Positions 54,583 to 64,000 of a stretch of 64,000 nt of DNA are shown here, piece by piece. Made by a program: the position numbers and the translations under genes. The DNA comes from Porphyridium purpureum (Eukaryota). The notes under the pieces were generated by a model. It saw only the letters and a list, made by a program, of their open reading frames with translations, was not told the DNA's origin and ran no database searches. Position 1 is the first letter of the stretch, and the number at the start of each line of letters is the position of its first letter. Location: positions 1 to 64,000 of the forward strand of contig VRMN01000014.1 of assembly GCA_008690995.1 (NCBI GenBank). The letters are read 5' to 3'.

Positions 54583-55354
54583 AAGTGTTCCGGTCCGAGA
54601 GACGCCCTGGGTGTACACCCGGAGGTACGGCGTCTCGGAATTGTTTGAGGTACAGGGGCTTTTTCGCCCACGTGGTTTTTTACCCTGTACCTCTGGTTTG
54701 TGCATTGTTGTCTTTCGCCCCGAGGAGCCGGAGTCGCGTGTCCGAGGGAAGCAGGAGCCGCTTGGCGGCCGGCCAGCACCCATTGAGCCGCTTGCTGACG
54801 TGGCTGGCTGTGGCTTCGTTCTGTGGAACGAACGGAGGAAAGCCCAGCCTTTGGGAGAAATAATTTCTCCCTTCCGCGTCAAGGACAGCAAGGACGGCGG
54901 GGTATATAATGGGCGCGGGCCTGTGCGGTTCCCCGGATTTTCTTTAGAGCGGAAGAAGGAGAGGCAAGGGAGTAGGACACAGAGAATAAAAGAGGAGTTT
55001 GTTCTTTGGTGTCGGGTGCCTGGGCGTGGTCGTCGGAAGGCGTGGGGCCTTTTGCTGAGCCTGTGTAGCAGAGCCAGCAGCACATCGTGTCTGGGGGGTT
55101 TCGGTGCTCTTAGAGCACTGAAGGCAGACGGCGGCTTTGTCCGTTACGACACCCTGCCCCTGTCGAGACCGGTGCTGTCTGTGCCGACGCGAAAGGCAAT
55201 AGTAGAGGCCCTATACGTTGGATTTTCCACGCCCCGGGTATTCGTCGTCTGTGTTGTGTGCGTCGTGTTGCTGGGGTTCGGTCATCTGAGAAGGGTTGTG
55301 TCATCCGGGCTCGTGCGCTTGTCATCATCAAGCGTGCGAGAATTTAAAGCCATG

Positions 55355-57157
55355 AGAATGTATAATACTGTACAATCCAACTGACAAGACTCCCGTTTAC
55401 TCCGTCTGGAGGCGGCACGAAACGAGTATGAGCTCACCGCGCGAGCGAGACTAGCTGCGGCTAAATACTCATGAGTGCCAGAGTACCCCTCATGTGAAAG
55501 CCTCGTGGGAAATGCGGTATTGTTAGGCGAGATGACAGTATGGGTGGCGAGGGCCGTACTGTTGCTCAAAGGCTGAGGACAATCAAATTGTCGAGAAGCC
55601 ACTGGCCGCTGGGAGGCGGCGGACGTATCACATCAATAACGTGCGACTAAATGCTGGGCCCATGCTGGCTATCAGATCCACTGAACAAATGAATACCTGT
55701 CTGCCTGCTATCCTCGATGAATACCTTGGACGAAGAATAAAATGTGTCTTTCGCGAAGAGGAAGCAGTCACTGGTACAAAAGTTATCGAAGCTAGATTCG
55801 AGTTGACGATGAGCCATGGCAGAGCATACCGGGCCAGGTTTGTTGCACGCGGGTTCAACGAACCAGACGGAAAGGCGACATGCATTGAAGCACCAACCTT
55901 TTCCCGTCCCATGCACAGAATAATTGAGTCGATACCCGCTGTCTTCGACTGGCACTTTTTCTACCGTGACAATTACCAAGCGTACGCGCAGTCCTCCTTT
56001 CCGCTCGCGAGGACCGTCGACATCAGAGTTTCTGAAGACATGCGGAAAACGATTGCAACGGAAAGTGGAACTGGGATGAACGTAACGTCTCTGCGACTAC
56101 TATAGCCTTTGTACGGTTTGACAGAGGCTGGCGCACATTGGTTTCAAACCATGCGTGACAGGTTGAAAGCGGCAGAATTGAGCCCCAGTGCATAAAAAAC
56201 GGATCTCATGTTCAGGGATTAGAATAAGCCAGTCTGCCATCGGCGTTCTCGGATCAGTAGTAGACGACACACTGGTTTGTGAAACAGATGAGGTCGATGA
56301 AACACAGGGGAAAGTGGCCTTCTCTTCAATTAAGAAGGAAACTTCGGATCTTCCTTTCGTATTCAACAAAGTGCTGCATGTTCAGACCAGCAGGGGAGGA
56401 GTGGAGATGTGCCAGATAGAGCAAGTACGAAAGCTAGTGCCGTATGACAAGATGTATGAGGACCTCCGACGAGTCAGAGGACAACAATTTTACTTGGCAT
56501 ACTCTGGACGGCCTGACATTCAGAGAAATATAAACCTTTTATCTCACATGACCGAGAGGAACTTTTAACTCAGACAGGCGAAGGCCACCTACAAAAGCTC
56601 AAAATTGTCTAGTCCGGCTCGGAATTATATTTGCCTTTCGTCTTTCTAGCAGAACAGCTAAGCGTCTGCGTGATTTTGGATGCATCTCATGCGTTGAACA
56701 GGGAGAAGACGTCGCAAATTGGTTTGGCGGTATTCATGATGTCAAAACAGAATCGCTGAGCACACTGCATAGTAGCGCGAAACTTTAAAGCAAAAAAGCT
56801 TACAAATGTTGTGTTGGGGCCTGACCTGCTTGCCCTGTACAAGTCATACGACGACGCGTCAGCGATACATAATGAAAGGGTGCAAATGCGGGACTCAGGT
56901 TGATGACAGATTCAAAATCGACAACAGACGCGGTGTCTACAAAAACCATCTTTGTGGAGAGAAGGCTTATCATCCGAATACTTGTAGTTCGTAATGCCTT
57001 CAACGACAAGGAGATTACAAGGCTGGAGCATGTATCTGGACTGGAGAATATCGCAGACGAACGCACCAAGGAACAGGCGCCCAGGCACTGGGATCAATGT
57101 ATGAGCAGCGGAATGTTGCCAAACGCAAACATGTCCATCCATTTTAAACAAACGTAG
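55355..57157 (+). pseudogene. Duplicate of the degraded copia RT-RNaseH remnant
   Basis: Inverted copy of 9121-10923. Confidence 0.7.
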
Positions 57158-60100
57158 TCAAAAAGACGAATTCTGATACTGTCCATGCCGAATCAATTTA
57201 CGTAAGATCAAGCCGATCGGTTCATTGGTACATTTTCATTGTGAATACGTCCGACTTTTCTGCGGTTCGTTGAGATATTTGTGATTGCACTCGTGCAAGG
57301 AAAATGTTGTGGGAGTGTCGAAATCCTCGTCAATACGATCATGCGACTGGCACTCGACTGTATCGCAAGTCTCGCTATCAATCTACTAATGACAACTGCA
57401 TCAATACAAGAGCGAAAAAAGATGACGGGTGACGGAAAAGATAGTGGAAAATAAAAAAGTAGCTAAAATTGTTGTGTAAAAAACTCAAGATTTTACGTCG
57501 TCAAGTTTCCTCTGTGGAGCATTGAATAAAACCGTACTGTTCTTGAGGTGTGGCGGGAGCTACACTAGGCACGTGGTGTGTCTTTGGGGGACGTGCCGCG
57601 CACTGGAGCTTATGTCGGGAGACCATGCCCCACTTTCAGCTATGCTCCCAGTTTTTTTCTTTTTTTGGGTTTGCCCCTTTTCCCCAACAGGGTGTAGACT
57701 GTGCGTCGGGACTCCCAACATTGATAGGAAAACCACGCAGACTAGACTCCAGACCTGCAGGTCCTGAAACTGTTCAGCAAGTGTAAGTGCTTGATGCAGA
57801 CAGGCGAGTCTGCGATCACGTGTGCTTTTCGCACCAAGTAAAGGCTTTGCACCCTCGCAACCCTCCGCGTCCAAGCTCTGTTTTCTCTTCTTAAAGATCG
57901 CTGTTCATACAGATGCATGTAAAGGATACGTCGGTCAGTCACTTTTGCTCACTTGTTAAACGTAACCCACACGTGCAATGAGCACATGCGCGGTCCAGCA
58001 ACTCTCTGACTTGCCAACATACTCTCGTACTGCACGATACTTATCAGCTACGTTCTGAATCTTGTGTCCGCTTTCAATGATATTCTCTGCATCTATTCAC
58101 GAAAGAGCCCCTTCGCCGTAGCCTTGCAGGGATCAGTGTACATGTATGTCAGGAAACAGGCTCATGTGATTGCGTTTTGGGACAAGTGTTTCTGAATTTA
58201 ATCGACATTGCCCCACAAGAGAAAGGTATACACGAGTGCGTGAAAAAAAAAGCACATACAGATTGTGCGGGACTTTGGACATGGCTCATAAGCCTGTCTT
58301 GGTTGCTCTGAAAGGATAGCTCTTAACAATGATGAGCGCGACTCATTTTCCGTCCCGGAACAAGAATTCCACAAATCAATGTCCGAGAGCAAGCGGCTTC
58401 AGCGCCTCTGGCATGCCATCTCACCCATTCCTTGCGTCAGCTACTTGTATGCCTACGCGCACATGCTCCTTCTCGCATACAATAGCTTCAAGCATGTCAA
58501 ATAGCCATTTTAAACTCTGCCTGCAAGACTTGCGCAGAAGCTCACATGTTGACAGGCACAAGCGCTCGAGCTTCGACTTTCGGCTGCAATAGTCAGAAAT
58601 TCATTTTCTTATAGATCATTCTAACCTCTCGCAATGTTTCTCAAGGCCTCTTCGTGCGGTGAAGAGCTTGCTCCTCATTTTGTACGTACCGTGGACTTGT
58701 ACACCATATGCCAAGTCCACATATCATATTTAATGACAACCAATAGGGACGATTATTATAAACTGCGTAATCGTACAAACAAGGACAGAAGGGCCATGAG
58801 CTTTGGACTGCGTTTCAATTCCATACTCCATTCCAGCTCATACACGCGCGCCCCACTTGCGCTTCGTCTTAGCGCTTCACTAGCACAGCTTGCACAAATC
58901 TCAACACAAGTATGGGAGGGGTACGAAGAAAGACTTTGCTAAAGGACCAAAGCCTAGCAGAGTCCGACGGTATTCTCTCGAAAGTGCATGCATTCGAACG
59001 ATGGAAAGGACAAAGGCGTGTCAATTTCATTACCAAGACGTGTACTATTTTAAGCTCTCTAGCTGCAAAGCGTCGAGATCGTATAGCTCGTTGTATGCAA
59101 AATCATTCAGGTGCACAAAGAAACTTCGTTGTCGGATTTCTACATGCAATTGAGCTCAAGAACAGCTTGAGGTGGGGCAGCCGTTCACAATAATATGTAA
59201 AGAATTGACTCTGAGAGAAGGTATTCGATTTTGATGGAGAGAGGACTGTGTAGAGAGTCAAGAAAAGCGGGACAAAAGTCTTCTGCTTGGATATACGATG
59301 GGTTGCGCTTTGTGTCCCTTAGCAAACGCGGTCAAAGGTTTGGAATCCGTGAGGTAGCCCTCTGCAGCGTAGCTGGACTTGTCTTTGATCGCGGGCGTCG
59401 GAAGTAGGAACGCGCTGGATTGGGATTCTATCAATTCCGGCATTGTATACGGCGCGAGCTATCAGTGCCGCAAAAGTTAGAGCAGTAAACGCTGGCAGAG
59501 TAAGGTTTCGAAAGTGTGATAGCTGGCCTAAGGAACGAGCAGAGCCCAAGCACGTTAAACATGGGAACAGCCCTGCCCGTTGCATCCGTCTCCGGAATTG
59601 CGCAACGCGTGTTCTGGGGTGAAGCAATAAGTGAGGGAGAAAGCAAAACGAACACAGATGTCTTTCATCCAGTGGGCCAGACGAACGCGTCGTCGTCTAA
59701 AATTCTGTACGAACGTCTAGCATTCGCAACCGAACTTCCAGCGTTCTACGCACCTTGGCGTTGACTGTACATCACGTTTGAAGTGTTAAAAGTAACGTGG
59801 AATTTTAGGGTTCCGCCCCGAGAGACGCCGTAGGGTTTTGAGTACAAAACCCTAGAAAGTTCTATGATGAAAGATTGTTCGAGAAGCGTGATGATCTCGG
59901 ACCTGCGAAATGTTTGTCATTGTCGTTTTGTGTGACCTTGTGCAAAGGTCAAAGGCCGGCCGAAGCTTCTGGATTCGTTCTTGACGCGCCTTCCCGGCCA
60001 TTTTTCGGATACGTGGCCGGCTGTGGTTGCGAGTTGTGGAACGAATCAAAACCTGTGGTGGAAATTCGTCCTGTTGGAGAAATTTGTTCTCCCGTCCTTG

Positions 60101-60621
60101 CTGGAAAGAGCAAGGACGAAGGGTATAAAAGGACGAAGGGGCAAGCTGGTTCCCAGGAATTTCCAGGTCAAGGTAGAAGAAGAGGTAAGGGCAAATAGAA
60201 TAAAAAGAGAATTGGTTAGTTGGATTGAGGCAGTCGTTGGAAGACTTGGGTTGGATTTGCGGGAGAGGCACGCTAGCGTGTTGTGCGAGCGGATATCGGT
60301 CTGGAGTGTTTTTAAAAAGGCAGCTGGGGTTTAAACGTACCTTCCATCACCCTTCACTTGTCAAGACCGGTCCACTCCCTCTCGTAGTCCCCTATAAGTT
60401 GAATTTTCTGTCCTCTCTTCCTTTCTAGCCACTTTTCTCTGATTGTCCTGCTTGTCCTTCCGTTCGTTTCGGTGTGTCGGTTCGTCGTCGGTTTGTCAGT
60501 TTCCGGGGTGTGGCGGTTTCCAGTTCCTGTTATCGGTGAAGCGATCCGGTTTTGTTGATTCGGTTACAAAGCAGAAAGGGAGAAATTCCAAGTGGTATCA
60601 TCGCCCGGTTGTTTGGAGAAA

Positions 60622-61569
60622 ATGGAAAGCCATGAAATGGAAATGAATGTCCCGCAGGAGAATGCGGCATGGATTGAGGCAGCTAATCAGCTGCATGCGC
60701 GCATTGCGGGACAGGAGATGATGATGGCACAAGTGCAGGAAGCGAATCGTAACCTCCATGAAATGATGCATGTTTTGTTGCGCCAGCAGACCGTGGCGTC
60801 TGGGTCTGGTGACAACGATCGTGCCATGGCCGCGTTAATTGGGCGCAGTTTGAGAAAGTTTGATGGTCAGCGTGACAAGCTCGTTGTCAATGAATGGCTG
60901 ATGCGAATGAAGAGCGACCTGGATATCTGCATGCCCGCAGATGCTTTGGACTCGCAGAAAGTGATTGTTGCAAGTCGCTTTTTCGAGAGGGACGCAGCGC
61001 TGCTTTGGGCAGCTCGTCCGGAGGAGCAGAGAAAGGGCCTTGCAGAGGCCGGATGGGATGCGTTCGCAAACTTCGTGCGCACAGCGTTTGAGCCGCCGCA
61101 GGCGCATTTGACAGCGCGCACCAATCTGTATCAGTTGAAGCAAGGGAAAATGACGGTCGCAGAATTTGAGCAGAATCTCAGGATGACAGCGTTATCAGTT
61201 GAAGATGTGACAGATGCAGAACTGAACACCATCTTCACGCTGGGCTTGAAGGAGAAACTGCGTATTGAGGTGGCCCGTCAGGACACAAGGACCTTGGAAG
61301 AATCACTGAAAGTTGCGTTGGCAGCTGAGCAGGTTGCAAAGTTCGGAGGAGATATGAGTCAAGTGATCAAGAACTCGTCATCGACTCATAGCAGGGCGTT
61401 CTCGTCGCATTCTGGTAGCGCACCAATGGATTTGGGAGCCATGGACAAGCGGAAGTCTGGCAAGACCAAAGTGAAGTGTTACCATTGTGGAGAACGTGGA
61501 CACATTAAGCCCAAATGCCCTAAATTGAAGGAGCGCTTGGCAGGTGGTCCGCCAGAGCCGGAAAACTAA
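60622..61569 (+). CDS. gag: Gag of A2
   Basis: Same protein as A1 gag. Confidence 0.9.
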   Translation: MESHEMEMNVPQENAAWIEAANQLHARIAGQEMMMAQVQEANRNLHEMMHVLLRQQTVASGSGDNDRAMAALIGRSLRKFDGQRDKLVVNEWLMRMKSDLDICMPADALDSQKVIVASRFFERDAALLWAARPEEQRKGLAEAGWDAFANFVRTAFEPPQAHLTARTNLYQLKQGKMTVAEFEQNLRMTALSVEDVTDAELNTIFTLGLKEKLRIEVARQDTRTLEESLKVALAAEQVAKFGGDMSQVIKNSSSTHSRAFSSHSGSAPMDLGAMDKRKSGKTKVKCYHCGERGHIKPKCPKLKERLAGGPPEPEN

Positions 61570-64000
61570 GACCTCGAGAGCCAAGACAGGAGGAGATCTC
61601 GAGGGGAATGGAGCCTCCTGTAATGGGTGTTGTGGAAGGTGTTGCGCACGAGGGTGCGAGGTCAAGGCTCTTCTACAAACATGGGAAAGTGAGTGGTTCA
61701 AAAATCGACTTCTTGATTGACAGTGGAGCGTCGCATAATTTCCTGGGGTCCCGATTCTTGGACGCAAGCGTAAAGTCCAGTTGCGATGAATGCATGGTCG
61801 AGCTTGCGGGAGGACAGAGAATGAAGGTGCACGGCCCCATTGTGCTTGCGGTGGACCTCGGTTTCTGGATAGGGAACGTCGAGTTTTATATCGGTCCCAT
61901 TCGTATGGATGCCATCTTAGGGTGGAAATGGCTCAAGATGGTGAATCCTAAGATTGATTGGCAGAAGGGACTGATGGAAACGAGGCCCGAGGGGAAGGAA
62001 ATATGCACGTTGGAAAATGTTGAAGAAGTGGTTCCCGAGCTTGACGGGAAAAATCAGAGCGTGGCTGCTTCGGAACACGAGTTGACTCACATGCCTATGC
62101 AAAGAGACTGTGAGACGTGTGTCGTGGCGAAGATAAAGCGACGCCCGGCCCGAAGGCTGGAGAAAGATGTCAGTGCATTGTCATTCAATGATGAAGTCGG
62201 AATTGACTTGGTGGAGCCTGGGCGAAATGTGAAGTCGGTAGATGGTTCAAAGTTTATTTTGACGCATATCGACAGAGCCACAGGATGGGTGACATTGGCG
62301 GGGCTACGTGCGAAAACCCACACGGCGGTTGCGGACGCTTGGAAAAGTGTGCAAGCCGGGAGAGGATGGCCGAAGGTTTTGCGAACGGATGATGGGAATG
62401 AGTTCAAGGGAGATGTGGGGAGACTGGTGCGTGAACACCTCATAAAGCACGAGGTGGGGATTCCGTACAGGCCAAACAGTCATGCTGAACAGGAGCGGTT
62501 TCACCACACGCTGAATCAGGGAATCCGTGCGAATCTTGTGCAGGCCGGACTCGGGAAGCGTTGGTTCATGCACGCCGCGCAGCATTTTGCGTTCATGACG
62601 AATAGACTTCACGTGGGCAGGAAGTCTGGAAAGACGCCGTTTGAATTACGACATGGTGAAAAATGGTCGCCGAGAAATCTTAGTTTGCCATTCGGGTGCA
62701 AGGTGGTCTACAAAGATGATCAGCCTGACAATAAGTATGCACCGCGAGGAAAAGTTGGCATTCTCGTCGGCGTTGGAGAGCATCCGATGGCAATTTTGGT
62801 GCTTCCTCGGGATGACTGGACGAGTGAGACCCCAAAAGTAATTCGCACTCAGGATTTTAAGGCATTTACCCATGAGTTCCCTTTAAAGGGAATTGAACGA
62901 GAGGTGGTGAGCCTGAGCCAGCAGGAAGAGTTGCCAGAAGTGGACGAACCATCCGCGGTTGAAGCGGTGCAGGACTTGGATCGTCGTATCGATGCTCTCA
63001 GAGCTAGAGAAGCGGAGCTTGAGAAAGAGATCGAGGCATTGAAAGTGAGAGTGGTTGACGAAGAACGGGCAGCAGGCACGGGTGGTCCAGTGACGATCCC
63101 ACAGTTGAACTTAACGACTTTGCTGAAAACTGGAGCGGCGTTGGCGTCTGAGCAAGGACGAGCCGCGATGGAAAAAGAAGTCAAATCCATGCTGAAATTT
63201 GGGGTATGGGATGAGAGTCCCTTGACGCTGGAGGAGGCCCGGAGGCAACCTGGTGCTCGTTTCGTACGCACACATTTCATTTTCGGTCTGAAATTTGCTG
63301 AGATGCCGGAAGAATTTCGCAAGGTGAAGTGCCGCTTGGTGGCCGGGGGAAACAGGATATGGGGGTCCGATGGAGCTGCGACGAATGACATTTTTGATTA
63401 TGAGACGCCTGCTGGTTTGTCAGCTATCCGAATGATAATAGCTGTGGCTGCAATTCTGGGCCTTCAGATTGTTAGTTTCGACATCAGCTCGGCATACCTC
63501 CATGCGGACCTGTCTGGGCCACCTACGTTTGCATACTTACCGCGTGAAATTTGTGATTCAAAAGACACAGTAGTCAGGCTGAGAAAGGCGCTGTATGGCT
63601 TGCCCAGGAGCGGCTCGGATTTCTCACAAGATGCTCGGAGGAGATTGCAAAAGTTCCAGTGGAAGCTCGTGCATGGTGAAAAGAATGTGTACGTCCGGAG
63701 AAATGCTGCAAGTTCGTCAGTTGCGTTGTTGGCTCTGTACGTGGATGATGGTCTATTAGCCTGTCGAGAGGAGGAACGCCCAGGAATCATCGAAGAATTG
63801 AAACAAGAGTTTCTCATAGAAAAAGCACCAGAACTATTGACGGAAGGAGGATCCTTGAGATTCCTGGGGACGAGCATTTCCCTCAAAAATGGGAGCGTGA
63901 GTTTGGCGAATCAAGAGTATCAAGATGTGGTCATTCGGGAATTTGAGCAGGATATTAGACGCGTATTGCGTGCCGTGAAGTCACCATCTGAGAAGCTAGA
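61566..64000 (+). CDS. pol: Pol of A2, partial (protease, integrase, coiled-coil linker, part of RT)
   Basis: Inverted copy of A1 pol with a few SNPs (e.g. FHHT here versus FPHT in A1). Confidence 0.88.

Larger units (their letters stand above)
49380..55349 (+). mobile_element. LTR retrotransposon family B, copy 2 (mosaic 5' LTR, flanks do not form a TSD)
   Basis: LTRs 49380-50187 and 54573-55349; PBS 50188-50199; PPT 54561-54572; flanks CGGAC and CCATG. Confidence 0.96.
49380..59351. repeat. Right arm of the inverted segmental duplication (partner 6921-16898)
   Basis: Near-identical reverse complement of the left arm, except the first ~430 nt of the LTR. Confidence 0.95.
59796..64000 (+). 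mobile_element. LTR retrotransposon family A, copy 2 (runs off the window end)
   Basis: Complete 5' LTR 59796-60592 preceded by AGTAA; PBS 60593-60604; gag; pol open to the window end. Confidence 0.95.

Overview
Eukaryotic DNA with compact, apparently intron-poor genes, compatible with a unicellular alga such as a red alga (inference only). The window looks subtelomeric. An array of about 42 copies of an unusual 11-nt telomere-like repeat (TAACCCTAGAG; G-strand TTACTCTAGGG) lies at 6.45-6.92 kb. The left ~17 kb is an inverted near-copy of the right ~15 kb, and between them is a unique core. The core holds nested copia elements and five host genes: POLD2, a DUF5522-like/DnaJ-zinc-finger protein, SPB1/FTSJ3, a bZIP factor and a single-pass surface protein. 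The most notable system is a pair of related LTR retrotransposon families (A and B, two copies each). They join a Ty3/gypsy-type Gag and protease, expressed via a predicted -1 frameshift with a covarying pseudoknot, to Ty1/copia-type integrase-RT-RNaseH. They appear to integrate with two extra nucleotides kept outside the TG...CA ends. Family B also carries a TRF/telobox-like Myb domain after the integrase, a candidate telomere-targeting module. A second copia lineage (C, D) has a conserved in-frame UGA-CGG plus stem-loop readthrough signal between gag and pol. All domain calls are by eye from motifs; no searches were run.
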